Shown here: piece after piece, positions 24,221 to 34,219 of the stretch
Layout of the letters: each line of letters opens with the position of its first letter
Position numbering within the stretch: position 1 is the first letter of the stretch
Virus record (IMG/VR): IMGVR_UViG_3300024254_000005
Coordinates: 1-43,360 of that record
DNA: 43,360 nucleotides
Source of the DNA: a virus
Lineage: Duplodnaviria; Caudoviricetes
Strand: one strand, 5' to 3'
Translations under genes and position numbers: made by a program
The notes under the pieces: model-generated
Told to the model about the DNA's origin: nothing
Seen by the model: the letters and a program-made list of their open reading frames with translations, nothing else
Database searches by the model: none

Positions 24221-26229
24221 TCGACGTAGCTTCTCTCACTCCACTGGAACAGGCGGTCATCCGTCTGTCTCCCCAGGTCAACCCATACAACGCTCATAGG
24301 GTGCTCTTTGCCCACCGCCATCCGAACGAAACGCCGGATTTCCACTTTGACATCATCCGCGACCTACATGGAGAAAGTAGACGACTTCTGTTCCTTGCTT
24401 TCCGTGGCGCAGCAAAAAGCACTCTTGCTGAGGAAGCCATCACGATCGGAGCTTGCTGGCGACGTTTTCGCAATCATATCATCATTGGAGAAAGCGCAAC
24501 TCGTGCTTGCGAGCGTCTTGCGTCAGTTAAGCACGAACTCGATTTTAACCCGTACATCCGCGCCATCTTCGGAGACCTCCATGGCCCCATCTGGAACGAA
24601 GACAAAGTTGTCCTCAACAACGGAGTCGTCATCCAAGCTTTCGGTCGGGGGCAGTCCCTCCGAGGAACTAAACACGATGACCAGCGGCCTGACTGCTGCC
24701 TCATCGACGACATCGAGGACGAAGAAAGCGTAAGCTCCCCCGAGCAGCGGGAGAAGACGCGGCAGTGGTTGATGCGGACGCTGGTGCCGGCGATGGCGCC
24801 CGATGCCAAGGTTCACATCCTGGCCAACCTGCTGGACCCCGACTGCCTTGCTGCGTGGCTGGATAAGAACGGGGGGTGGACGGTCCACCGTTACCCCTGG
24901 GAGTACCTGGACGAGAACGGGACCCGTCGGGCGACATGGCCGTCACGATTTCCTTTGGAGCACATCGACTTTCGCAAGGACGAATTCATGCGCTCGGGCA
25001 TGCTCAACGAGTACATGCAGGAGTTCATGGTCGAGGCGGTCGATCCGTCCACGCGCGTTTTCACGCGAGCCATGTTCAAGGTCGATCCGATCGTGCGTAC
25101 TTGGCATCCAACTTATGCGATGTATGATCCGGCGCGGACGGTCAAGGCTTCATCGGCGCATACGGGAAAGGTGGTGTTCTCATGGGTTGGGACCAAGCTG
25201 ATAGTGTGGGACGCTTCCGGGGAATTGTGGATGCCGGACAAGATCATCGAGGACATCTTCCAGACGTGGGAGGAGTACAGTCCCATCAAGATCGGGATCG
25301 AGAAGGAAGGGCTGGAGGAGTTTATCCTGCAGCCATTGCGGGCCGAGCAGACACGGAGGCAACAGATTATCCCTGTCACAACTCTCCCTGCGCCTGCTGG
25401 CAAATTGGCCTTCATCCGCTCGTTGCAGCCATTTTTCGTGAGCGGAGAGGTTACTTTTGCAAAAGAGCTGCCTACGTTGCAGCAGCAGTTGTTAAGCTTT
25501 CCGACCGGAAGGATCGACGTGCCTAATGCGCTGGCTTATGCCTTGCGCATGAGACCTGGGTTGGCTATATATGACAACTTCGGTTTCAACAATGTAGTGG
25601 ATGACTTGGATGTTCAACGCAACACGGCATGCTATCTTGCGATCAATGCTACCCGGCTCTACACCACTGGCGTACTTTCGCAGCTCGTCGGGGGAACGGT
25701 GCGTGTATTGGCGAGCTTCGTTCGAGAAGGAGAACCTGGGTCTTCTTTTCAGGAGCTTGTTGCGGATGCTAAGCTGGTGGCCGGGGGAAAGGTTGTACTA
25801 TACGCGCCTGCTGAGCACTGGGGGCAGTATGACAGTCTCGGGCTCTATGCGGTCTCTACACGAGCAGGCGCGGGGGTCAGTCGGGCTGGATCAATTAATG
25901 TGGGCCGAGAAGAGATCCGTAAACGACTGGAGAGCCTTGCGCACGGCCAGCCTGCGCTGGTGGTATCATCGGGGGCATCGTGGGCCTTGAACGCTTTTGC
26001 GGGGGGCTACGCGGCTTCCATCGTCAAGGGTGGCCCGGTCAGCGGGGCGGCCGAGGAGGGCGTCTACAAGGTTCTAATGGAGGGTTTTGAGGCTTTCATG
26101 GCCGTTGCTGGGCAGTCTTTGGGGTCTGGCGACGACCGGCCGAACTATGCTATAGACGGTGCTTCGGGCCGGCGGTATCTGACTGCGCGGCCACAGCCCG
26201 CGGTTGGACATGGCGAAACGAAAATCTAA
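24217..26229 (+). CDS. terL: Terminase large subunit
   Basis: Walker A FRGAAKST, Walker B CLIDDIED, QEFM, nuclease YDPA...D; precedes portal. Confidence 0.9.
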   Translation: MIDVASLTPLEQAVIRLSPQVNPYNAHRVLFAHRHPNETPDFHFDIIRDLHGESRRLLFLAFRGAAKSTLAEEAITIGACWRRFRNHIIIGESATRACERLASVKHELDFNPYIRAIFGDLHGPIWNEDKVVLNNGVVIQAFGRGQSLRGTKHDDQRPDCCLIDDIEDEESVSSPEQREKTRQWLMRTLVPAMAPDAKVHILANLLDPDCLAAWLDKNGGWTVHRYPWEYLDENGTRRATWPSRFPLEHIDFRKDEFMRSGMLNEYMQEFMVEAVDPSTRVFTRAMFKVDPIVRTWHPTYAMYDPARTVKASSAHTGKVVFSWVGTKLIVWDASGELWMPDKIIEDIFQTWEEYSPIKIGIEKEGLEEFILQPLRAEQTRRQQIIPVTTLPAPAGKLAFIRSLQPFFVSGEVTFAKELPTLQQQLLSFPTGRIDVPNALAYALRMRPGLAIYDNFGFNNVVDDLDVQRNTACYLAINATRLYTTGVLSQLVGGTVRVLASFVREGEPGSSFQELVADAKLVAGGKVVLYAPAEHWGQYDSLGLYAVSTRAGAGVSRAGSINVGREEIRKRLESLAHGQPALVVSSGASWALNAFAGGYAASIVKGGPVSGAAEEGVYKVLMEGFEAFMAVAGQSLGSGDDRPNYAIDGASGRRYLTARPQPAVGHGETKI

Positions 26230-28498
26230 GGGTGACGTAAATTATTCTGAGCTTGCTGGCGATCCTATAGACGCTTGTAAGGATTGCAAATTCTTCATCA
26301 ACGGAGAAGCTTGTGCCAAGGTCATGGGCGCCATTTCGCCTGAAGGCTGGTGCGAGCTTTACGCTGAGAAGGAAGACGTAAAGGATCGCAATCGAGAGCT
26401 GGGGGGTGACGAGAAGATTCGCGAGGCGGTTCTGAAGCTGGCCAAGCGCGTGGACAAGGCGTTCATGGACCAGTGGGAGCGGGGCAACGATCAGTGTGAC
26501 TATTGGGACATTTACAACACTGTTCTCGGTGTCAAGCAGGGTTACTCTGGCAACTCGCAGATTTACGTTCCCATTGTCAAGGAAGCCATAGACGCGCGCA
26601 AGACGCGATTTGTCAATCAGATTTTCCCCCGCTCACAGCGTAACGTTGAGTGCATCACATCCGATGAGAAGCCTTACCATGTGATGGCTCTCTTGGAGCA
26701 CTACATTCGTAAGACGAAGCTGCGCACGCAGGTTATGCCGGCGTTGATGATCAACGGGGACATCGAGGGGCAATACAACATTTACGTGGGCTGGTCGGAC
26801 AGTGAACGACATGTGGTTTACCGGACCAAGGCAAAGGCTGAGATCGAAGGCGAGGAGATTGAGAACATCGACCCCGACGCGGACGACGACATGGAGACGG
26901 CCGTGGTGGTACATCAGGGGCCGACCGTTGAAGTTCTTTCTGATACTGACGTGGTTGTGGTTCCTGTCTTTGCTTCCTCTGTGGGTGATGCTCTTGCTAA
27001 GGGCGGTGTCGTAGCGATCAAGCGTATCTGGTCTAAAGAACGCTTGAAGCAAGCCGTTGACGATGGGGAGATTGACGAGGAGGTTGGGGAGCTTCTGGAG
27101 AAGGATATCGCTGCTTACGGTACGGGGCAGGATGGCGATCCCAAGACGGCTAAGAAGCATATTGATGCTGCCGGTATCATGTCCGATAAGGACGGTGAAG
27201 CAATCGTTATCTACGAGATGTTTGCACGTTTGAAGGTGGACGGTGAGCGGCGGCTGTGCAGGATTTATTACGCCGGTGGTGTCGAGGGGGAGGAACGTAT
27301 CCCAAGTGCACGGCTTAATCCTTTTTGGAATGACAAGTGTCCGTTGCTCTCTGCAGCGCAGAACAAGTTGAGTGGGTCGTTTAAGGGCGCGTCGAAGATC
27401 GCGGCGGTGGACAAGCTTCAGTACGGCGCGAACGATGTGGTGAACGAGGGGTGGGATAGTGCTGCGTACGCCCTTCTTCCTATCATCATGACCGACCCGA
27501 CGAAGAATCCGCGCACAGGGTCGATGGTTCTTAATCTCGCGGCGATTTGGGAGACGAGCCCAAATGACACGAAGTTTGCCCAGTTCCCTCCGCTATGGAA
27601 GGATGCTTTCTCGATCGTTGCTTCGGCGAAGACAGAAATTTTTCAGGTTCTGTCTGTTTCTCCTGCGGCTATTGCGCAATCTACAGGACAGAAGACTAAA
27701 CGAAATCAAGCGGAGATAGCAAATGAACAGCAAGTTGACATTCTCAGCACAGCCGACGTATGTACGAACATTGAAGATGAAATACTCACGCCCCTCCTCC
27801 GATGGTTTGTCGATCTCGACCATCAATTTAGAGAGCAGCCGATTACAGTTCGAGAATATGGTAAAATGGGGCTTGCTGCGCGGATGGAAGAAATTCCCGT
27901 TATCGAGTCCAATCGTCGGTACGAATTTAGGTGGTTCGGCGTAGAGGCAGCGCGGAATGCGCAAGCTATCCAGATGCAAATAAGCGCGATGAACGTCATC
28001 AAGGGCATTCCGCCGGACCAGTATAAGGGGTACGAGATAAACTTGGTGCCTGTTATAAGTTTGTTGGTGGAGAACGCTTTTGGGTCTCGTATGGCTCCTG
28101 AGATATTCAAGAATTTGAAGTCCAAGCTGTCCATGGCTCCTGACGAGGAGAACAAGTACCTCGCTATGGGGCTTGCTTTGCCTGTGCATGAGCTGGACGA
28201 GGATCAGAAGCACATGCAGGAGCACATGCAGGCCATGGAGAATGGCGATCCCACGGGGGCGGTGCGCGAGCACATGATGCTGCATCGCTTCCAGATGGAA
28301 AAGAAGATGCAAGCGCAGATGGCACAGATGATGCAGATGCAGCGCGGTCCTGGTGGGCCTCTTGGGGCTGGGGGGCCTCCTCCTGGCGGTGCGCCGCGGC
28401 AGGGTGCGGCTTCAGGGCCTCCTAGGGGTGGGCAGGGGCCGGCTGGCGCAATCCATCAGGATAGGCTACAAGATGCTTCAGCAGCTCCAAGGAGATAG
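26210..28498 (+). CDS. Portal protein with N-terminal HiPIP-like Cys4 domain
   Basis: About 760 aa after terL, helical, Pro/Gly tail; N-terminal CxxC-x8-C-x12-C with GWC. Confidence 0.82.
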   Translation: MAKRKSKGDVNYSELAGDPIDACKDCKFFINGEACAKVMGAISPEGWCELYAEKEDVKDRNRELGGDEKIREAVLKLAKRVDKAFMDQWERGNDQCDYWDIYNTVLGVKQGYSGNSQIYVPIVKEAIDARKTRFVNQIFPRSQRNVECITSDEKPYHVMALLEHYIRKTKLRTQVMPALMINGDIEGQYNIYVGWSDSERHVVYRTKAKAEIEGEEIENIDPDADDDMETAVVVHQGPTVEVLSDTDVVVVPVFASSVGDALAKGGVVAIKRIWSKERLKQAVDDGEIDEEVGELLEKDIAAYGTGQDGDPKTAKKHIDAAGIMSDKDGEAIVIYEMFARLKVDGERRLCRIYYAGGVEGEERIPSARLNPFWNDKCPLLSAAQNKLSGSFKGASKIAAVDKLQYGANDVVNEGWDSAAYALLPIIMTDPTKNPRTGSMVLNLAAIWETSPNDTKFAQFPPLWKDAFSIVASAKTEIFQVLSVSPAAIAQSTGQKTKRNQAEIANEQQVDILSTADVCTNIEDEILTPLLRWFVDLDHQFREQPITVREYGKMGLAARMEEIPVIESNRRYEFRWFGVEAARNAQAIQMQISAMNVIKGIPPDQYKGYEINLVPVISLLVENAFGSRMAPEIFKNLKSKLSMAPDEENKYLAMGLALPVHELDEDQKHMQEHMQAMENGDPTGAVREHMMLHRFQMEKKMQAQMAQMMQMQRGPGGPLGAGGPPPGGAPRQGAASGPPRGGQGPAGAIHQDRLQDASAAPRR

Positions 28499-28924
28499 AT
28501 GATGCGTTGGTCTTTAGCACTTCTCCTTTCATTGCTTTGTTGGTCGGCCTGGGCGCAGACGCAGGCAGGACTTGGGGCTTTTGGCTGTACTAATGCTCAG
28601 GTCGGGACGTGTCAGCTTAAAACGGCTGCGGGTAAGCTCTTTGATTTTCAAGTCAGCAATGTAAGTGGTACGGCGACGTGGGCGTTTCTCATGGATACGG
28701 CGACGGTGCCGGTGAACGGTACGATCGCTGGATGTTCCGTAAGTGCGCAGGCGCCTTGCCTGCTGAAAGCTTATCAGCTCAATCCGGCTGGCGATACGTT
28801 GGGGGCTTCTTGGCTTCCTGAATCGCTTTTGTTTTTTGGTGGTCTCGTTATTGCATGCTCGACAACTGCGCCGCCTACGTTGACTCTTAGCACGACGTGC
28901 CTCATGTCGGGAGAGACACAATGA
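28499..28924 (+). CDS. Signal-peptide-bearing beta-rich protein (putative virion accessory)
   Basis: MRWSLALLLSLLCWSAWA/Q; six mature Cys. Confidence 0.7.
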   Translation: MMRWSLALLLSLLCWSAWAQTQAGLGAFGCTNAQVGTCQLKTAAGKLFDFQVSNVSGTATWAFLMDTATVPVNGTIAGCSVSAQAPCLLKAYQLNPAGDTLGASWLPESLLFFGGLVIACSTTAPPTLTLSTTCLMSGETQ

Positions 28925-30030
28925 GATGGTTGTTTGCAGCGCTTCTTATTCTTGTTGCGGCAATTGCGGCACAAGGGGAACTTATTACACATAGCGTAGG
29001 TGGTGGGAGTGTTATTGCAGGCGTTACCCCTGTGACGTGTAGTTCTGGAACGGCGGGGGTGTTGTTTCAATCGAGTGGGAAGGTTGGGTGTGATTCTGGA
29101 TTTACTTATGCAGGGGCAAATGGTGCTGTTAGCATTGCACGAATAGGAACTAACGCAGCTCCTTCTTTGCTTTTTACTGGAGGAGGTGCTTCGACAAACA
29201 CGGGGTTTGCAGGCACGGTAACGCCATCCATAACTGTAGGTGTGAACGGGAATCTGGTTGCAGACTTTGCTTCAGCGACGATCTCTCTGTACCAAAAAAT
29301 AGACTTGGCCGGTGGCGGCCCTTATATCCAGTATGGAGGAAGCCAGAATCCGGCGACAATTCGTTTTGGTCTTGCCGATGCGGCGACTTCTGTACCTCAG
29401 ACGTTTCGTACTCAAGGCATCGTAGCCGGGACGGCGGGCAATGTCGCTGGATCGAATTTTACGCTTGCCGTAAGCCCTGGCGTGGGTTCTGGTGGCGGGG
29501 GCTCGTTTATAGTCCAGACAGCACCGCCGCATGGTTCGGATACTGTCCAGGATACCCTCACATCGGTCTTTTCGATCAATTCTGCAGGTAACATGGCGGC
29601 TACCTTGAATGCTGCCGTAGGAACGAATGCCGTCTGTAACACTCCGGGGACCTTGACGGGGGTGACCGTTCAAGTGTGGGCAACCGGGTGTGCGGCTAGT
29701 TCGGCTCGATTCAAAGAGGGCATTGCAGTTATTGACCGTGAAAGGGCATTTGAGACTGTGTTGGCATTGCGTCCGGTATCTTATTTTTACCGGCCGGATT
29801 ACGCTGATGATCCTGATAAGCATATTGGTTTTACGGCAGAGCAAGTTAATAGTTTGCCGTCTCCGGTTGATGGTTATTCTCTGACTACAACGGAGAAGGA
29901 TAGCGATTTGCTTCATGGGTTTAAATATAATGAAATGGCTCCGCTGCTCGTTGCTGCAATTCAGCAATTGAAAGCGGACAATGATAATCTTCGGGTTGAG
30001 CTTGAAGCCTTGAAACGTAAGGTGCAATAA
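28921..30030 (+). CDS. Tail fibre/spike with C-terminal intramolecular chaperone (peptidase S74) and signal peptide
   Basis: SSARFKEGI...IGFTAEQV...YNEMAPLLVAAIQQL coiled coil; N-terminus MRWLFAALLILVAAIAA. Confidence 0.8.
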   Translation: MRWLFAALLILVAAIAAQGELITHSVGGGSVIAGVTPVTCSSGTAGVLFQSSGKVGCDSGFTYAGANGAVSIARIGTNAAPSLLFTGGGASTNTGFAGTVTPSITVGVNGNLVADFASATISLYQKIDLAGGGPYIQYGGSQNPATIRFGLADAATSVPQTFRTQGIVAGTAGNVAGSNFTLAVSPGVGSGGGGSFIVQTAPPHGSDTVQDTLTSVFSINSAGNMAATLNAAVGTNAVCNTPGTLTGVTVQVWATGCAASSARFKEGIAVIDRERAFETVLALRPVSYFYRPDYADDPDKHIGFTAEQVNSLPSPVDGYSLTTTEKDSDLLHGFKYNEMAPLLVAAIQQLKADNDNLRVELEALKRKVQ

Positions 30031-31382
30031 TGGTGGGTAGATTATTCACTCTACTTACTTATTTGTTTTTTGCTTCTGTGGCGTTGGCGCAGACAGGCTC
30101 ACCTAAGACGCCAACGCAGCTTAATGCGGAAATAAACTCTACGTTTCCTGATAACAGTTCGGGATTGATAACTCCGTTTGGTACTAGGCAGGCTTTGCTT
30201 GACATTGTGGCATCTGGTGTTGTCGCTAACGTCCAGGGGTACGGAGCAAAATGTAACGGGGTTAGCGACGACAGTACGTCTATAAACGCTGCCATTGCTG
30301 CCCTTCCTGTTTTGAACGGAGGCCGTGTTTATCTTCCTGCCTGCGCTAATTCTTATGTAATTAACGCTTCTGCTATTACACTTCCGAACGATCACCAACC
30401 AGTTATTATCGAAGGGGATGGGTGGGACAGTCCTCTATGCGATCCATTTGGAGACGCGCAGTGGGTTGTTAGTGGAAATGTTCGTGGTACAGTTATAAAA
30501 GTTACAGGTACGACGGACGGAATCTTATTTGCTGCGCCAAACTACAATCAAAACTATATAATTCGTAACCTTGCAATTGTCGGCCCTGGAACTGGAACGT
30601 CTAAGGGCATCAATTTCGGGACGTCAACGGCGACTTATGACCAAATAACGAATGTTCTGATCGCTAATTTTTCATCTGGCGTATATATGCAGGGTTCTGG
30701 CAACACGGTATTTCGTGACCTTGCGGTGAGAGGAAACACTGTTGGCGTCAATATGGCCTCCAACGGAACAAACACGACTTTTTACAATGTGCTTGCGGAG
30801 TGTAATGCAACTGGAATTTTAATGTCCGGCATGGGGACTGGAACGCATATCTATAGCGGGCTAGTTCAGGGGAATACTTCGGTTGGAATAAACATAGCCC
30901 CTTCTGTTGTTGCCTTGGCGTCGATCTCCATCGATGGGTTGTGGATGGAGGCCAACGCCAAAGGAATACAGGTAGACACTACAAATTTTGGTGTGTCTAA
31001 CTTGCTTATTTCAAATCACAGAGACACCGGGTCGAATAGCATCGTATTTATAGGTGGTAATACTGTAAATTTTTTCAAGGGGATTAACTGGCAGTTGAGC
31101 GCTGCAGTAACCTTGCCTGCCAACATGGTCAATAGCGGTCTGTATGGTGTCAGCTCTGGCACGTTGACAGACAATTCCAATTGTTCAGTATTGATAAATA
31201 CAACAGTGTCAAATAAGTTGTTTTGTACATACACCGTTGTGCAGCTTCCAATGTCTGCCGCCCAGGGTGCGATGGCGTTCGTGTCCAATGCGACAGCATG
31301 CACACAGAATGTGGCGCCTGTGGGAGGCGGGTCTGTATTTTGCGGCGTCGTGTGGAATGGCAGCGCGTGGGTGGCTTATTGA
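30030..31382 (+). CDS. Tailspike, pectate-lyase-like beta-helix (putative depolymerase) with signal peptide
   Basis: NVQGYGAKCNGVSDDSTSINAAI..GGRVYLP; N/G/I-rich helical repeats; N-terminus ...FFASVALA/Q. Confidence 0.8.
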   Translation: MVGRLFTLLTYLFFASVALAQTGSPKTPTQLNAEINSTFPDNSSGLITPFGTRQALLDIVASGVVANVQGYGAKCNGVSDDSTSINAAIAALPVLNGGRVYLPACANSYVINASAITLPNDHQPVIIEGDGWDSPLCDPFGDAQWVVSGNVRGTVIKVTGTTDGILFAAPNYNQNYIIRNLAIVGPGTGTSKGINFGTSTATYDQITNVLIANFSSGVYMQGSGNTVFRDLAVRGNTVGVNMASNGTNTTFYNVLAECNATGILMSGMGTGTHIYSGLVQGNTSVGINIAPSVVALASISIDGLWMEANAKGIQVDTTNFGVSNLLISNHRDTGSNSIVFIGGNTVNFFKGINWQLSAAVTLPANMVNSGLYGVSSGTLTDNSNCSVLINTTVSNKLFCTYTVVQLPMSAAQGAMAFVSNATACTQNVAPVGGGSVFCGVVWNGSAWVAY

Positions 31383-31481
31383 CCGCCTTGACTTTTTTCC
31401 TGTTTTGTTCCTAAGTGTCTGCTTCGCCTAGCGGGCGTAACCCGCTCCCGAGTTGTGCTCGTTACCGCACTGGAGAGTGAA

Positions 31482-32252
31482 ATGGCTGACGACACCCCGC
31501 AAGATGACGAACTCGATTTGACGGATGACGAGCTTGATCAGGAGCCTGACAACCAGCCGACTGAAGACGACGCCGACGAGGCTGGCGGGGCCGACGAAAA
31601 CGACGATGCCGATGATGAACCGGAGCCGGAAGACGCTTCAGGTTCTCAGGAGCCTCCTGCACCACGGCAACCGGCTTCTCGTGCGGGCCGTACCGTTGCC
31701 GCCCTTCGCGCCGATCGCCGCCGGCAGAACGAAGAACTCGCCGCCCTTCGTCGGGAGATGGCAGAGCTTCGACAGACCCGCCAGCAAGCTCCTGTACAAC
31801 AGGAAGACCCTCGTGTGGAGCAGGAGCGCTTGGCGCTCATGTCCCCCGAGGAGCGTATGGAGTATCGGCTTGCCCGGTCTCTACAGGCGCACCAGCAGCA
31901 GACTTCTGCGATGGTTTTTAATATGCAGACTGCGCAGGACAAGGCAGCGTGGGACGCTAGAACTGCCGGTGACAAGCTGCGATCGAAGCTTGCTGCGGAC
32001 GTGGAGCGTGAGTACCAAGCCTGCATCGCTCGCGGTCAGTATCTACCCCGAGAAAACATTTACATCTATCTTGTCGGGCAGCGGTTCATCGCCAACCGGG
32101 GCAAGGGGGATGGTAAGGCAGCTCGCCGGGTGGAGCGTGAGCGCGTTCGCCCTGCAAGCGGGCGTGGCGATGTGGCGCAGGAGCGTCGGGCGTCTCGCGG
32201 CAGTGGTACAACGGCGGATTTTGAGCGCCGTCATGGAGACATGCAAATCTGA
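31482..32252 (+). CDS. Capsid scaffolding protein
   Basis: Acidic N-terminus, coiled coil, directly before the capsid gene; GGAGAG RBS. Confidence 0.75.
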   Translation: MADDTPQDDELDLTDDELDQEPDNQPTEDDADEAGGADENDDADDEPEPEDASGSQEPPAPRQPASRAGRTVAALRADRRRQNEELAALRREMAELRQTRQQAPVQQEDPRVEQERLALMSPEERMEYRLARSLQAHQQQTSAMVFNMQTAQDKAAWDARTAGDKLRSKLAADVEREYQACIARGQYLPRENIYIYLVGQRFIANRGKGDGKAARRVERERVRPASGRGDVAQERRASRGSGTTADFERRHGDMQI

Positions 32253-32274
32253 AGCGGTGAAAGTTCACCGCTTT
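32252..32274 (+). terminator. Hairpin between scaffold and capsid genes (processing/stabilising or weak terminator)
   Basis: AAGCGGTGAA-AG-TTCACCGCTT. Confidence 0.4.
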
Positions 32275-32291
32275 AACTTCGGAGAGCGGTG

Positions 32292-33632
32292 ATGCCAACC
32301 AATGTTGCTTCTCAATTTTCTGGCGATATAAGCCAGTATATTGCAGACAAGACGCTTCCCCTCGTGCGCCGGCAACTGGTTGTTTACCAGTTCGGTGATC
32401 CTGCGACCCTCCCTAAAGGAAGCGGTACGACTTACACGGCGAGTCGCTACCCGCGTGTGCCGCTGCCGTTTGCGCCACTCTCGGAAGGCGTGCCTCCGAT
32501 TGGGCAATCGATGACGCTGCAGCAGGTCAGCGCGCAAGCCCAGCAATGGGGCGACAAGATCACTATTACCGACGTAGCGGAAATGACGATCAAGCATCCG
32601 CTATTCAAGAAAGCAACGGAGCTGATCGGATTACAGACTGCCGAGACGATGGAACGCAATACGTTCGTCAATCTTCTCGCGGGCAGCCAAATTAATTACG
32701 TCAACACTCGTGGCGCTCGTGCGTCTCTCGTTGCCGGAGACGTGCTCAACCCTCACGAAATCAATCGTGCTTCGGCCATGTTGATTAATCTTGGTGCGCC
32801 CCGGTTCATGGGTGACGAGATGACCGACATGAAGCTGCAGGCAGATGCAGGTGGCGCCAAGGCATCGAGCAACCCACGCAAGATGCCGCATTACGTGGCG
32901 GTGGCGCATCCCTTCCCGCTTGGCGATCTTTCCGAGAACCAGACGATTGTGACGGCCTGGAGCTACAGCGATCTCAATCGCCTTTACAACTACGAGGTTG
33001 GCGAGTGGCGAGGCATCCGGTTCTGTCAGACCAACATGGTTCCGACGTTTACCGGAGTTGCGCAAGTTAACCCAGTTGCGGTTGCCGGCGGCACGTTGGC
33101 AGCGACGAACTACTTTGTTATCGTCACTGGATCAGACACGCAAAATCAGTACGAGTCGCGTATCTATCAGGTGTCCGCTTCCACGGCAGTCGGCGCCAAC
33201 GGTGCGCTTCAGGTGACGATGCCGGCGACGGCAGGATTCACTTACAGCGTCTATGTCGGCACTACCAACACGCCGTTCAATCTCGGGCTTAGTGCTTCGG
33301 GTCCGACTTCTGGTCCTCTCGCGGGGCAGGCCACGCAGCTTACGCCGGGCGCCGTGGTGACGGTGACGGGCATCGGCCTTGCGCAGACCCCGCCGGCTGC
33401 ACCGGCTACGGGTGTGACGGTTTACCCGACGTTCATCTTCGGTCGAGGGGCCTACACGCAGGTTGTCCTCGACAACATGAAGATGACTTACCTGAAAGAG
33501 CCGGATAAGTCCGATCCGCTGAATCAGCTGCGAGTTGTTGGCTGGAAGGTATTTTATGGAACTCTGATTAGCAACCAGCAGTTCTTCATGCGGATCGAAT
33601 CCACGTCGGCCTTCAGCGCCACCTTCGGCTGA
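32292..33632 (+). CDS. Major capsid protein, N4-gp56 type
   Basis: QFG...LPKGSG, LSEGVPP, EVGEWRGIRF and DKSDPLNQ..VGWK. Confidence 0.9.
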   Translation: MPTNVASQFSGDISQYIADKTLPLVRRQLVVYQFGDPATLPKGSGTTYTASRYPRVPLPFAPLSEGVPPIGQSMTLQQVSAQAQQWGDKITITDVAEMTIKHPLFKKATELIGLQTAETMERNTFVNLLAGSQINYVNTRGARASLVAGDVLNPHEINRASAMLINLGAPRFMGDEMTDMKLQADAGGAKASSNPRKMPHYVAVAHPFPLGDLSENQTIVTAWSYSDLNRLYNYEVGEWRGIRFCQTNMVPTFTGVAQVNPVAVAGGTLAATNYFVIVTGSDTQNQYESRIYQVSASTAVGANGALQVTMPATAGFTYSVYVGTTNTPFNLGLSASGPTSGPLAGQATQLTPGAVVTVTGIGLAQTPPAAPATGVTVYPTFIFGRGAYTQVVLDNMKMTYLKEPDKSDPLNQLRVVGWKVFYGTLISNQQFFMRIESTSAFSATFG

Positions 33633-33644
33633 TCGGAGAGCACA

Positions 33645-33923
33645 ATGTCGTACAGAATCACCTACCAAGTGAATGTTGATTGGGTCGGGGATGGTATCGG
33701 TCCAATGGGTGGTAATACTGCGGCCTCTGTCGGTATGGCTGCGGCCGGCGGCGCGCAGCGCAAGGCGTTTTTTAACGCCACTCCGGTTGGTCAGATGACG
33801 AAGACGTTTCTGGCTGCTGACGTGACCACGTTGACGAACGCCATGGCTGCGGACATCGCTGCGCAGATGAACGTTCCGGCCAACCTTGCGCAAATTCAGA
33901 ACTTCTCCACGGGGACGGGCTGA
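33645..33923 (+). CDS. Hypothetical virion protein
   Basis: GGAGAG RBS; follows capsid gene. Confidence 0.65.
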   Translation: MSYRITYQVNVDWVGDGIGPMGGNTAASVGMAAAGGAQRKAFFNATPVGQMTKTFLAADVTTLTNAMAADIAAQMNVPANLAQIQNFSTGTG

Positions 33924-34219
33924 TGGCTACAAGCACGCTTGGGACGACAGCGAACAACTCGCTTACGTCCCTCATTTTTGGTGGTGCGATGAACACCACC
34001 GATCTTGCGACGATCGCGCAAGGAATCAAAAATGATCTCGTCAATGGCAACCCGGTTTGGCCTGGGGCGTACGCGCAAAATGGCCTTCTCTACGTGCCCA
34101 ACCGGGGGGTGCTCAGGGTGCTTCCTGGGGACTACGTGGGGATTGATGCGCAAGGCTGGCCAATCCTTTTATCGGCCAATACGATCGCTGCAGCAGGAGC
34201 CCCTTGGGTACACACATGA
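33923..34219 (+). CDS. Hypothetical virion protein
   Basis: TGATG coupling; LYVPNRGVLRVLPGDYVGID. Confidence 0.65.
   Translation: MATSTLGTTANNSLTSLIFGGAMNTTDLATIAQGIKNDLVNGNPVWPGAYAQNGLLYVPNRGVLRVLPGDYVGIDAQGWPILLSANTIAAAGAPWVHT

Noticed and set aside
31525-32292. 255-aa alternative-frame ORF over the scaffold gene
   Set aside because: Arg/Ser-rich frame shadow with no RBS.
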